DNA of 64,000 bases, from IMG/VR virus record IMGVR_UViG_3300028197_000002. The stretch is one strand, 5' to 3'. Source of the DNA: a virus (lineage: Duplodnaviria; Caudoviricetes). The notes beneath the pieces are model-generated. The model was not told the origin of the DNA and did not search any database. It worked only from the letters and a program-made list of their open reading frames with translations. Shown here piece by piece: positions 1-9,582 of the stretch (position 1 is the stretch's first letter; each line of letters opens with the position of its first letter). Position numbers and translations under genes: made by a program.

Positions 1-765
1 CGTTTCTTAAATGAATTTGAAAAAACTTCTGCATCATCAGATCCAGAGATTATAGATAATATAAATTTTATTATATTTCATAAAAATATTAAAGAAATTG
101 AAAAAAAAGATTTCTCTGTAATTAAGAGTAAATTTAAAAATTTTTCTCTTGTTGAGATGAAAATTCCAAGTGAATATGATTTTTATTTAAGAGAAAATAG
201 TATATCTAAAGTTGAAAATATTAATTTGTATAATATAAAGTATGGCCTTAAATCTGGCGCTAATTATTCTTTTTTCAAAGCTATAGATTTTTTTAAAAAT
301 TTTAATACAACTCTTTTTCTAGAATGCGATTGTTTTTTTGGAGAAAATTGGCTAGAGAAGATTTATAATTTCACAAAACATTCTGGTGGTTTTTGGATAG
401 CAGGAAGCGTCTATGATAATGAAAAAACAAGTCTAAGTAGTCAGGTGGCGAATACTCATTTGAATGGCGGAGTAGCTTTATATGCTACTTCGAATGGCGA
501 TTTTCTAAATTTCATGGAAGAGTCTTTAAGAAATTTTTTTCGATATGTATTAGCAAAGCCTAACATTCCTTATGATTATTTTATTAAGCTTCATATAGAT
601 GATTGTTTCGATACTGATATCGGAAATAGATACTATTGGAACTTTGTGAAAAGACAATATGTAAAATGTAATTTAATATTCAATTACAGTCCAAATAGAG
701 ATCAACATTTAGATGTGGATTACTTAAGAAAAAGACATAATTTTTCTATTTTGCATAAAAAATAA
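1..765 (+). CDS. putative glycosyltransferase-like protein (5' truncated by window edge)
   Basis: Frame of ORF 157..765 is open back to base 1; DxD-like FLECDC followed by W..GS and HLNGGVALY, typical of GT-A-like phage proteins. Confidence 0.5.
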   Translation, partial: RFLNEFEKTSASSDPEIIDNINFIIFHKNIKEIEKKDFSVIKSKFKNFSLVEMKIPSEYDFYLRENSISKVENINLYNIKYGLKSGANYSFFKAIDFFKNFNTTLFLECDCFFGENWLEKIYNFTKHSGGFWIAGSVYDNEKTSLSSQVANTHLNGGVALYATSNGDFLNFMEESLRNFFRYVLAKPNIPYDYFIKLHIDDCFDTDIGNRYYWNFVKRQYVKCNLIFNYSPNRDQHLDVDYLRKRHNFSILHKK

Positions 766-829
766 TCAATATTGATTTTATTGATTGAATGTTATAGACT
801 CTAGCGACTAGATTGTTCTTATCCTAGAA

Positions 830-1219
830 TTGGTCTGCAATATGGAATCAGATGTTATTTTTTTAGACGACAATACTCCTTGTGAGAATAAAATTGAGCC
901 AGAAGTTAAACTCAGTAGCATAAAATTTCTTACAAAAAGTTTTACTAAAAAAGGATTCTCTTATTCTATTAAAAATGGAATTCTTTATAAAGAAAATGAA
1001 CTTTTTGACTTCACTGGCTTGGTAGATTTTGAAGGAACTTTTCAATTCAGTGAAATTCGCTATCAGCTATTTTATTCTGCTCAATTTTTAGAGGGGAAGC
1101 TTCGTGATCAAATAGAGTTGATGAATTTTTTAATTGTTTTTAATAAAGAATCTTCCATGCAAAATTTCTTTAATTTGTTAATATTGAAAATTAAAAAATG
1201 GATGATTTGGAAAAAGTAA
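830..1219 (+). CDS. hypothetical protein
   Basis: ORF track; overlaps start of next gene; no motif. Confidence 0.55.
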   Translation: MVCNMESDVIFLDDNTPCENKIEPEVKLSSIKFLTKSFTKKGFSYSIKNGILYKENELFDFTGLVDFEGTFQFSEIRYQLFYSAQFLEGKLRDQIELMNFLIVFNKESSMQNFFNLLILKIKKWMIWKK

Positions 1220-1950
1220 AAGAAGAATTTGAAAATATTGATCTGGCGAACAATGTGCAAAAAGACATATTGGTTGTTGTTCATAATCAGTTCAATTATG
1301 TTAAAAATTGCTTGAAATCAATATTCGAAAACACAAAAAATTTTAATTTACATATTTGGGACAATGCTTCCGATAAAAAAACAAAAAATTATTTAAATAA
1401 AATTTATCAAAAAAAAGAAAATGTTTTTTTATATAGATCTGAAGAAAATCTAGGTTTTATTGTTCCAAATAACCGAATGGCTCAAGGGTGCAATTCCGAG
1501 TACATTATTCTTCTGAATTCAGATACTCAAGTTCTTAATCACTGGGATAAAGTTTTAATTGGTTTTTTAAAAAAAAATGAAGATGTTTCTTTAGTTGGTT
1601 ATGAAGGGGGAATGCTAAATGCAAAGGGAAAAGGAGTTGATGTTTGTTCTGGGTATTCCGCTGATTACATATGTGGATACTGCATGTGTTTTTCTAAAAA
1701 AACGTACGAGGAATTTGGTCTTTTTGATGACAAGAATCTTAGATTTGCTTACTGTGAGGACTCGGATTTTTCATTAAGAATAAAAGATAAAAATAAAAAA
1801 ATATACGCCTGCTATGCAAAGGATCTTGTTTTTCATTTTGGAGGAAAAACTTCCAATTCGATTATTGATGAAAAAATGGCAAAAGTTATTGAAGCTAATA
1901 TGGAGCACATGCAGAAAAAATGGGCTACTTATTTAAAAGAAAAAGAATAG
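1198..1950 (+). CDS. glycosyltransferase family 2
   Basis: ILVVVHN, IWDNASD, NLGF..PNN, ILLNSDT (DxD), YCEDSDFSLR motifs. Confidence 0.9.
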   Translation: MDDLEKVKEEFENIDLANNVQKDILVVVHNQFNYVKNCLKSIFENTKNFNLHIWDNASDKKTKNYLNKIYQKKENVFLYRSEENLGFIVPNNRMAQGCNSEYIILLNSDTQVLNHWDKVLIGFLKKNEDVSLVGYEGGMLNAKGKGVDVCSGYSADYICGYCMCFSKKTYEEFGLFDDKNLRFAYCEDSDFSLRIKDKNKKIYACYAKDLVFHFGGKTSNSIIDEKMAKVIEANMEHMQKKWATYLKEKE

Positions 1951-2046
1951 GAATTACGATAACGCTAGCACTTTGAAACTCTTCTTTTACTTTCGCAGAT
2001 TTTCAGCTATAATATTTTCTTCTTGTTTGAAAATTTGTGGAGGAAA

Positions 2047-3291
2047 ATGATGTCTAAGTGTAACTTTTGCGACATGCCAGCCGAAGATTGTGGGCCTTTA
2101 ATTGAAGGTGGTTCAGAAGAGAATAAAGCGTATATTTGTTTTAATTGTATTGAACAAGGACGAAAAATGCGTCCTGAAAAGTTTGTTCGAAGCAAAAGAA
2201 AACGCAAGGATGTTAATTTACCTAATCCTAAAGAAATTGTTAGTAAATTAGATCAATATATTTGTGGTCAAGAAGTGGCAAAAAGAGATTTGGCAGTTAG
2301 TGTTTACAATCACTATGTTCGTTTATTTGATTATGATTTAAAAGACACTATAAAAGGCAGTGAACTAGAAGACACTGTAATTGATAAAAACAATGTGTTG
2401 ATGGTAGGGCCAACAGGCTCAGGAAAAACTCTGTTAGCTTCCACATTGGCATCTATCATTGATGTTCCTTTTGCAATCGGAGATGCCACAACAGTCACCG
2501 AAGCCGGATACGTAGGTGAAGACGTTGAGAATTTACTATTAAAATTGATAAGAGCAGCAGATATGGATATTGAGTCTGCTGAACATGGAATACTTTATAT
2601 TGATGAAATAGACAAAATAGGAAGAACTTCTGGGAACAGATCAATTACGAGAGATGTTTCAGGTGAAGGAGTTCAACAGTCTTTACTAAAGCTATTGGAA
2701 GGAACTGTTGCAAATGTGCCTCCCGCAGGAGGACGAAAACATCCTGAACAAGAGTTTTTACAGGTTGATACTTCTAATATTCTTTTTATTTGCGGAGGAA
2801 CTTTCACAGGTCTGGGGGATATAGTTAAGAAAAGAATTTGTTCTGAAAAAAATAAAATTGGTTTTGGAAGTTCTGTAGGGTCTGTTGATGACAAAGATTA
2901 TTCAATAGATTATCAAGCTGAAGATTTGTTTGAATATGGCTTAATACCAGAGTTTGTTGGTAGATTGCCTAGTCAAACATTTTTAGAGGAATTATCGGAA
3001 GAAAAGTTAATTCATGTTTTAACTGAACCTAAAAATTCACTTTTAAAACAATATCAAAAACAATTTTTATACAGTGGAATAAATTTAAAGTTCACTAAAA
3101 AAGCAGTAGCAGAAATTGCCAAGATTGCACATGAGCAAAAAACTGGAGCTAGGGCTTTAAGAACTATTGTCTCAGGTATTATGAATCCTATTGTTTATGA
3201 CATTTTTGATATTAAAAGAAAAGAATTGACAATTGATGATAAAATTGTAAGGGGTGAAAAGAAAGTCGTTACAAAAGTTAAAGCTGCTTGA
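2047..3291 (+). CDS. clpX: ATP-dependent Clp protease ATP-binding subunit ClpX
   Basis: C4 zinc finger, Walker A GPTGSGKT, GYVG pore loop, Walker B IDEIDK, RKH loop (GGRKHP), IGF loop, GARALR; ATG 2047 after GAGG. Confidence 0.97.
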   Translation: MMSKCNFCDMPAEDCGPLIEGGSEENKAYICFNCIEQGRKMRPEKFVRSKRKRKDVNLPNPKEIVSKLDQYICGQEVAKRDLAVSVYNHYVRLFDYDLKDTIKGSELEDTVIDKNNVLMVGPTGSGKTLLASTLASIIDVPFAIGDATTVTEAGYVGEDVENLLLKLIRAADMDIESAEHGILYIDEIDKIGRTSGNRSITRDVSGEGVQQSLLKLLEGTVANVPPAGGRKHPEQEFLQVDTSNILFICGGTFTGLGDIVKKRICSEKNKIGFGSSVGSVDDKDYSIDYQAEDLFEYGLIPEFVGRLPSQTFLEELSEEKLIHVLTEPKNSLLKQYQKQFLYSGINLKFTKKAVAEIAKIAHEQKTGARALRTIVSGIMNPIVYDIFDIKRKELTIDDKIVRGEKKVVTKVKAA

Positions 3292-3328
3292 TTAAATTAC
3301 ATTTTTTGTTAAAGTGTAAGATGAATGG

Positions 3329-3400
3329 TCTTCGGTAGCACAATGGTAGTGCGGCAAACTGTTAATTTGTAGGTTGTAGGTTCGAGTCCTACCCGAAGAG
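3329..3400 (+). tRNA. trnN: tRNA-Asn(GTT), no encoded CCA
   Basis: Acceptor TCTTCGG/CCGAAGA, anticodon arm GCAAA-CTGTTAA-TTTGT, T-loop TTCGAGT. Confidence 0.95.
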
Positions 3401-3431
3401 CTTGATAAATTTGCAAAAAAGGAGTCTTGTA

Positions 3432-3686
3432 ATGTTGCCGAGCATATCAGAAAAATCTCTAGACGCTTTGAGAATTGGAGTAAGTGAACATCATCACATT
3501 TCTCATTTGAGTGAATTAGGCGTTAGTCAAAAAGTAATTAACATATTGGATTCTGAAGGAGTTTTTAGCTTGGAAAGTCTTTTGAAGAAAACAAAAGAAG
3601 AACTGCTTTCTATTCCAAATTTTGGAGAAAAACAACTTTCCGTTTTATTTAAAGCTTTGGGTAATTACGAAAATTTAGGGCAATAA
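3432..3686 (+). CDS. stand-alone RNA polymerase alpha subunit C-terminal domain protein
   Basis: LSELGVSQKVINILDSEGVFSLESLLKKTKEELLSIPNFGEKQL matches the alpha-CTD pattern including NFG..S/QL; no alpha-NTD. Confidence 0.8.
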   Translation: MLPSISEKSLDALRIGVSEHHHISHLSELGVSQKVINILDSEGVFSLESLLKKTKEELLSIPNFGEKQLSVLFKALGNYENLGQ

Positions 3687-3701
3687 TCATAAATATAAAC
3701 T

Positions 3702-4433
3702 ATGATTGTTTCACATAGTAAAAAATTTATTTTTATACATATTCCAAAATGTGCAGGAACATCAATTAGAAGATCAATAGAGGATTATTTCTGCGAAAAT
3801 AACATGGAAAGAGACTTGATTTCTTTTAGGGATCACCACTGGGGCAAAAATAATGATCGCAATGTAGACTTAGCATGGAAGATAAAGCACAAAAAACTTA
3901 CAGAAAAGCAGATTGTTTTTTATAAAAAATTTAATCAACATTCGCCCTACAAGCGCATTGAGTCTGCATTTAAAAAAGAAAACATTAATTTAGATGATTA
4001 TTTTAAGTTTTCATTTTTTAGGAATCCTTGGGAAAGAAGGGTATCTCAATATTTTTTTGGAAAACAACAAGCTAAAAAAAATCGTTCTTTCTTTTTAAGA
4101 AATAAATACTACCAAGAGAGTTTTAAAAATTTTGCACTTTCACCACCGCCGTCACATCAATACGAATTTATTGTAAACTCTAGAGGCAAAATCGGCGTAG
4201 ATTTTATTGGTAGATTTGACAATCTGCAAGAAGACTTTGATTACGTTTGCGAAAGAATTGAAATTCCAAAAATGGAACTTTCTCATCGAAACAAAACAGA
4301 TCATGAACATTACATGGAATATTATGATGATGAACTTATGAATTCTTTTGCTTTAGAGTACGCAGATGATATCGAAGTGTTTAACAGGTTGCCAATCAAA
4401 CGGAGAGAAAATCCGGCGTGTGGAAGTCAATGA
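3702..4433 (+). CDS. sulfotransferase family 2 protein
   Basis: FIFIHIPKCAGTS (5'-PSB), FSFFRNPWER..S (3'-PB), DFIGRFDNLQEDF. Confidence 0.88.
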   Translation: MIVSHSKKFIFIHIPKCAGTSIRRSIEDYFCENNMERDLISFRDHHWGKNNDRNVDLAWKIKHKKLTEKQIVFYKKFNQHSPYKRIESAFKKENINLDDYFKFSFFRNPWERRVSQYFFGKQQAKKNRSFFLRNKYYQESFKNFALSPPPSHQYEFIVNSRGKIGVDFIGRFDNLQEDFDYVCERIEIPKMELSHRNKTDHEHYMEYYDDELMNSFALEYADDIEVFNRLPIKRRENPACGSQ

Positions 4434-4539
4434 TAACGTCACACCTAGATTCCGTTAGCAGAAAGTGTGAAAAGACTAACATCAAAACCTTATTGCAACC
4501 GTCATCAACCTGACACACTTCATCTTCGGTTGACTTCCT
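4387..4539 (-). ncRNA. candidate structured (pseudoknotted) ncRNA
   Basis: 9-bp closing stem 4422-4430/4530-4538, 8-bp stem needing a G.U pair on the minus strand, loop-loop pairings, TAGATA promoter-like element 5 nt upstream. Confidence 0.5.
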
Positions 4540-4587
4540 AAATTATCTATGATACTTTAATTTTGTTTTTTTAAAAAAAAGATTGGG

Positions 4588-4616
4588 TTTACATTTTGCT
4601 GAGTAAAAGATATAAT
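4588..4616 (+). promoter_or_regulatory. host sigma-70-type promoter
   Basis: TTTACA-N17-TATAAT upstream of 4688. Confidence 0.7.
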
Positions 4617-4687
4617 GGTTAAGGTGCAAGGTTAAAAAGTTCAGAAAGTCAAAAGCACCAATTTGATTTTCACCGAAGGAGCGACTT

Positions 4688-5107
4688 ATGAGATTTGTTT
4701 TCCTTTCTGCCTTAGCTGTGTTCTTTCTGATCCCTCAGACAGACGCAGAGGCTCGAAGATGGAGAAGAAGCAGCAGTAATAATTATTATTATAATACATC
4801 TAGCAACACATCTAGTGTTGACAATGTTACTGCTCAAGGTGTGGCAAACACTATGGCATCACGGAATCGTGTTGCTCATTTTGGAGGACATGCTGGACTT
4901 TATGAAGGTTGCGGAAGCGGCTGGAGTCAAGACCAAGCCTATAGGAACTGTTGCTACTCCTCATCAGGAATGCCTACAGTAGACGTAGGATATGCACAGT
5001 CTCCAAGTGGAATGTGGTATTGTTGTAGAAGGTATAGCAAATACGGCAATTCTATGGCAAATTCTTCAACTGTAGTACACACTCCGGTAGTCATTATTGA
5101 AGAATAA
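4688..5107 (+). CDS. secreted Cys-containing protein, CAP/SCP-like minimal domain
   Basis: Signal peptide; AH.GG...YEGCG...CCY...VDVGYAQ...WYCCRRY pattern resembles reduced CAP-like proteins. Confidence 0.55.
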   Translation: MRFVFLSALAVFFLIPQTDAEARRWRRSSSNNYYYNTSSNTSSVDNVTAQGVANTMASRNRVAHFGGHAGLYEGCGSGWSQDQAYRNCCYSSSGMPTVDVGYAQSPSGMWYCCRRYSKYGNSMANSSTVVHTPVVIIEE

Positions 5108-5120
5108 TAATTAAATTTAT

Positions 5121-5171
5121 AATTAAGCGACCAATGGTTTGTGGGTCTGCCATTGGTCGCTTAATTTTTTT
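5121..5171 (+). terminator. intrinsic terminator
   Basis: 17-bp perfect stem AATTAAGCGACCAATGG/CCATTGGTCGCTTAATT followed by a T-run. Confidence 0.85.
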
Positions 5172-5183
5172 GGAGCTTATGTT

Positions 5184-6077
5184 ATGGAAAACATTAATTT
5201 TAAAGATTTCTTTGTAGATGACTCTTTTTATACAAAAAAAGGTCAAGCAGAGATACTTAAAAACAATTTGGATTTAGAAGTTCAAAAAAAAATTCTTTCT
5301 AGTAATAACGATCTTTACCGTTGTAATTGTGGCGTTCTTCTAACAAGAGAACAAGAGTTTAGTTTATTTAGAAGGTTTAATTATTTTAAATATAGAATTT
5401 CTGAAATTGAAAAATGGAAAACATCTAATTCTAATAAAGAAAGAGAACGAAATAAAAAAATTAAATCTATTTTAGACATTAGAGAAATAATTATAAAATG
5501 CAATACAAGATTAATGATAAACCCAGCTAAAAAATTCTCTAATTCTCAAGACTTGGATTCTGTTGAGTGTTCTGAATATATTTCAAATGGATATGTGCAT
5601 TTGTTTAAAGCTATAGATAAATTTGATTACAATAGAGGCTTTAAATTTTCTACTTATTTTTGTAATGTATTGTTTAGAAATTTATCAAGAGACAAACAAG
5701 TTCAAATAAATAAAACTATGAATCACCATGAGCTTGATGAAAAAACTATTTCGGTTGCTGCGGAAGATGAGACTCATCAAGAGCGAATTGCAAGTTATAA
5801 TGAAGTGTTCTTGAAGAATTTGATTGCCAAATTAGAAATAGAAGATAATGCTAATAGATTAAAAAAAAGATTTAGACGATGCGACAGTCGCCACATTTCG
5901 AGATCTGTTGTTTTGAAAAGAACTTATGGAATTTGTGGTGAAAGAAAGCATACTTTGAGAGAAGTGAGTAAAGATTTAGGGGTTTCTCATGAAAGAATAA
6001 GGCAAATAAGAATACAAGCAGAAGAATTTATAAAAAGTAATTTTAATACTTTCGAACTTTACGACCCAATGTTTTAA
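5184..6077 (+). CDS. sigma-70 family RNA polymerase sigma factor (Planctomycete-type)
   Basis: LLTREQE..LFRRFNYFKYR; region 2 LFKAIDKFDYNRGFKFSTY; region 4 HTLREVSKDLGVSHERIRQI. Confidence 0.9.
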   Translation: MENINFKDFFVDDSFYTKKGQAEILKNNLDLEVQKKILSSNNDLYRCNCGVLLTREQEFSLFRRFNYFKYRISEIEKWKTSNSNKERERNKKIKSILDIREIIIKCNTRLMINPAKKFSNSQDLDSVECSEYISNGYVHLFKAIDKFDYNRGFKFSTYFCNVLFRNLSRDKQVQINKTMNHHELDEKTISVAAEDETHQERIASYNEVFLKNLIAKLEIEDNANRLKKRFRRCDSRHISRSVVLKRTYGICGERKHTLREVSKDLGVSHERIRQIRIQAEEFIKSNFNTFELYDPMF

Positions 6078-6089
6078 AGAGATATTTAA

Positions 6090-6752
6090 ATGAATATTAA
6101 CATCCCACCTTTTTATGCTTATATTCGTAGAGAGCATATGTTTGCCTACGAGAGTAATTTTGGAGAGTTTGAATATTGTTATGTTTTTGGAGCTAGAAGC
6201 CCTGCTGGAAGGGCTACGATGTTTCATTGCATGACAGAAGGAGGCGCACAAAGAGCAAACGTTCCTATTTCCGCCTTAGTCCACAATACAGATGATGAGG
6301 GTGGCTGGCAAGATCCTGAAGATTTAAGTTTAGAAGAGTTGCAACTTTGGGATTCATTTGGCAATAACATGAATGTTGTAGTTTTTGATTATTTGGCCTT
6401 TAAAAGGTGTCGAGTTGTATTTAGAGATAAAAGAGAAATTTGGGGAACTTATTTGATGACGTTTGATTGGGAAGACAACCCATATACAGATGCTCCTCAA
6501 GACTATAAGAATGCTCATCTTATAAAGTTAGATAATGGTTGCTTTGCTCTTCAACCCAATAATAGAATACTTTGGAGAGATAGTAATTTCATTACAAATC
6601 CATTAGATATTGATAATCTACCTAAATATAAAGTAGATAAAAAAGAGTTTGTTTGTGAAGTCTCAGATAGATGGACAGCGGAAGATACTGATTGTTTTTA
6701 TTATGATATTATAAATCATAATGACAAGGAAAATAGTGAAATCGACTCATGA
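6090..6752 (+). CDS. conserved phage hypothetical protein
   Basis: NIPPFY.YIRRE...HLIKLDNG.FALQPNNRI pattern recalled from phage proteins of unknown function. Confidence 0.65.
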   Translation: MNINIPPFYAYIRREHMFAYESNFGEFEYCYVFGARSPAGRATMFHCMTEGGAQRANVPISALVHNTDDEGGWQDPEDLSLEELQLWDSFGNNMNVVVFDYLAFKRCRVVFRDKREIWGTYLMTFDWEDNPYTDAPQDYKNAHLIKLDNGCFALQPNNRILWRDSNFITNPLDIDNLPKYKVDKKEFVCEVSDRWTAEDTDCFYYDIINHNDKENSEIDS

Positions 6753-6942
6753 TTATGTAGTGGGACTCATAAGACCCACTACTAATTCTATTATTAAAGA
6801 TGTAAGAATTCCACGAAAAGTTTTTAAAGGCGTTGATTGTGGTGATTTTCTTACCATGAGTCAGGTGATTGATGAATGGCTTTTAAAGGATGGATTTGAA
6901 GGCTTTGCTGTTTGGAGCATGAAAATGGTTCCGAGAAATTAG
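6721..6942 (+). CDS. hypothetical protein
   Basis: ORF track, packed in operon. Confidence 0.5.
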   Translation: MTRKIVKSTHDYVVGLIRPTTNSIIKDVRIPRKVFKGVDCGDFLTMSQVIDEWLLKDGFEGFAVWSMKMVPRN

Positions 6943-6995
6943 CTTTACTTCTTTTTTTTTTAAGATAGAATATGTTGGAATAAAATATCATTATT

Positions 6996-7355
6996 TTGAG
7001 GGAATTTGCCATGAGTAAGTTAATTGATGGCGGATTTCCAATTTACATTCTTGATGACGACTCTATAGAATATTTGCAAGAAGATTGCGATCACTCAAGA
7101 TTTTGGAGTGAAACGGTCAGTAAAAAAGTTTCTCAAAACACAGGCATACCCTTGAGAATTTTAATTGATATGCCGTATTGTCAAAGAAGAGCTAGAGTTG
7201 TTGGAAGTAGGCTTTATTACGGCGAAAAGATGTCTGCTTCTCTTTTTAATAAAATAAAGAATATTTTAGAAATGGATTTGGTTTTGGTTCATGATGAACA
7301 TGAATCAAGATGTAAAATTAGCTTGATGCAATTCAATGGAATGAAAAGAATTTAA
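6996..7355 (+). CDS. hypothetical protein
   Basis: ORF track; probable ATG at 7011 after GAGGG. Confidence 0.6.
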   Translation: MREFAMSKLIDGGFPIYILDDDSIEYLQEDCDHSRFWSETVSKKVSQNTGIPLRILIDMPYCQRRARVVGSRLYYGEKMSASLFNKIKNILEMDLVLVHDEHESRCKISLMQFNGMKRI

Positions 7356-7356
7356 A

Positions 7357-8655
7357 ATGAAAAAAACAAAGGAGCAAAAAAGAAGAACTAAAAATAAAAA
7401 TAAATTAAAAAGAAAAGCAAATAAGAAGAAACTTTTAAATGCTGCTTTTTTCAGAGCCATAGATTTTCTTGATGTCAAGAAATATTTCATGTCTTTGCCT
7501 AATGAAGTACGCAGGACTTTTTTAAAAGAAAGTTCTTGGCCTAGCTACAAAATTATTTTTCATTCTGGATGTAGAATGAAACAGTATAAACTTCACAGTC
7601 AACTTAAAGAAAGTCTTTTATTGACGATTGATAAAACACTTGAAAAAGTAGAATTAGAAGTTCAAAATAGAAAAATAAAATTTAATGACGTTCCTTTTCT
7701 TTTGACCGTTTATGGACTTTTTAATTTTTCATCTAAATTAGAAATAAAAAATGATAGTCATGAATTGAAAAAGATAAAATCTGTGTCCTTAAAAGCTATT
7801 GAAAAAATTCGTCCTCTTTTGCAAGATGCTAGGAAGTCTTATTTGGATGAATTTGTTAATTGTGCAATGCCTGTTGCTTTGATGCTTTTTGATTATGAAG
7901 GAGGGCATTATCCTGATTTTAAGATTCATAAAGACTCAAAAAATCGTGCATTTCCTGTAATATGCATTACTCCTTTGATTTTGAAAAAAGAAAAACTAAC
8001 CACTAAAGATGGTGGCGATAGGTTTGGGTTTCCTTGTGTTAATTTTGAAACGGATGGACTAAAAGTAAACCCTGTATTCTTCCCTTCAGGGACAATTGAA
8101 AACGAAGATATATTACACGTATACATTCAAGAACATGCAATAAGTAGACTAAAAGAAAGACTTGATCTTCCTATTGGGAAAAAACACTTGATGGAATTTT
8201 TAGGTAGGTCATTAGCAAACCCTGTTGTTGTGGGAAAAGATGGAGATTCTTTTTTAATTGAATATAAATTAGTTGGATATAAATTAGGCTATCTGATTGT
8301 TTCAAACGAAGGAAAGTACGCTTTAGTTAGAAGTTTCAAATTTATAACAATGACTGGAACTCCTGAGTTTAAGATGATAACGAAAAAACTTCGAGCATCT
8401 AAACATGACATGACCCATCTGAAACTTGATCAATTAGATTCGATGTTGTCTTCTGATTTATTCGAAGACCAGTTTATAAAAGATGTCCTTGTTGATTGTG
8501 ATTTGGGGCATCTTAATGAATTAGCGGAGTTAATGAAATCTCAAAGTGATTCTGATTTTGATTTTGATTTTAGCGAGCCATTAAAAATAGCAGATGATGT
8601 TAAAAAGTTACTTAAATTGGATGATTATCAAAATCCCAAATCAACAATAACATAA
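7357..8655 (+). CDS. hypothetical protein with basic N-terminus
   Basis: 432-aa ORF; VYIQEHAISRLKERL segment; no confident family. Confidence 0.7.
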   Translation: MKKTKEQKRRTKNKNKLKRKANKKKLLNAAFFRAIDFLDVKKYFMSLPNEVRRTFLKESSWPSYKIIFHSGCRMKQYKLHSQLKESLLLTIDKTLEKVELEVQNRKIKFNDVPFLLTVYGLFNFSSKLEIKNDSHELKKIKSVSLKAIEKIRPLLQDARKSYLDEFVNCAMPVALMLFDYEGGHYPDFKIHKDSKNRAFPVICITPLILKKEKLTTKDGGDRFGFPCVNFETDGLKVNPVFFPSGTIENEDILHVYIQEHAISRLKERLDLPIGKKHLMEFLGRSLANPVVVGKDGDSFLIEYKLVGYKLGYLIVSNEGKYALVRSFKFITMTGTPEFKMITKKLRASKHDMTHLKLDQLDSMLSSDLFEDQFIKDVLVDCDLGHLNELAELMKSQSDSDFDFDFSEPLKIADDVKKLLKLDDYQNPKSTIT

Positions 8656-9248
8656 TGATTTCCGTTGTCTATAATATTATCTTCAAAATCCATTAGGTCA
8701 ATTCCGTATTTGTCTAGCTCGTTTATAGTTCTGAATAGTTCGCTTAATCTTTCATGCTCTTCAGGAGTATTTATGTTGTACATGTCTAGAACCTTTGCTT
8801 GCTTTTCTGTTGGTTCGTAGTCAAGCCAATCCGCCGCCTTGTCGAAATCTCCCATTAAAGCTAGCTCTAAAAAGTGGTCGCTTCTGTATTTCATTGAGTT
8901 TCCAGCGAGTTTTTCAACTATTATCGCAGAGGAATTTAATTCAGGAACTCTTTTTATTTTTTTCCCCTTTACCCAATCGAAAACCTTAACTATATTCTTA
9001 CTGTTAAGTCTTTGTGCTTTGACAACATTATCTACGTCTTCTTGATGAGATGTTATTTTTATTAATTTATTGGAGCTTTTGGGGTGTTGGTATAAAGTGG
9101 CAAACGAGCCTTCAGCTACCTTTTTCAGTGTCTTGCTGAAGCCTAGAATTTTTGATACATTTGATTTCTGGGTCTTTTCTTTTTGTAGAAATGGCGCGTC
9201 CCATAGTTGATCAAGTTTATTTTCGTTTAGCCAATCTTTAAATTCCAT
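8628..9248 (-). CDS. minimal protein kinase-like protein with capsid-targeting-like N-terminus
   Basis: Gly loop AEGSFATLY, LIKIT (VAIK lysine), catalytic-loop-like MDFEDNII, DLGF (DFG); N-term MEFKDWLNE. Confidence 0.75.
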   Translation of the reverse strand: MEFKDWLNENKLDQLWDAPFLQKEKTQKSNVSKILGFSKTLKKVAEGSFATLYQHPKSSNKLIKITSHQEDVDNVVKAQRLNSKNIVKVFDWVKGKKIKRVPELNSSAIIVEKLAGNSMKYRSDHFLELALMGDFDKAADWLDYEPTEKQAKVLDMYNINTPEEHERLSELFRTINELDKYGIDLMDFEDNIIDNGNHYVIVDLGF

Positions 9249-9259
9249 GTAGGTTATTT

Positions 9260-9565
9260 ATGCAGCATGAAATTAAATACAAATATAAAAAAATAGTAAG
9301 TTATTATTTCACTGCTGAATATAGTGACTATTCAATACCGTATTTGATTGACAAGGTTAAGGTTTTAGTGCCTGATGATGAGGACGTTTTTGAAACTAGA
9401 ATAGAAGAGTTGCAGGATTCTGAACTTTTAAAGATGCGAATGAAGTGGAGAAAAAAAATAAATAAAATTTGCGAATCTTACAGGAAAGCAGATAAGCCTC
9501 CATCAGATGCGGCCAGAAAAATATCTAGTGTGTTGAAGTCTTTTACAGGAGTTGATTTCATATAA
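9260..9565 (+). CDS. hypothetical protein
   Basis: ORF track. Confidence 0.55.
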   Translation: MQHEIKYKYKKIVSYYFTAEYSDYSIPYLIDKVKVLVPDDEDVFETRIEELQDSELLKMRMKWRKKINKICESYRKADKPPSDAARKISSVLKSFTGVDFI

Positions 9566-9582
9566 AGAAAGCGAGAGCTGAC

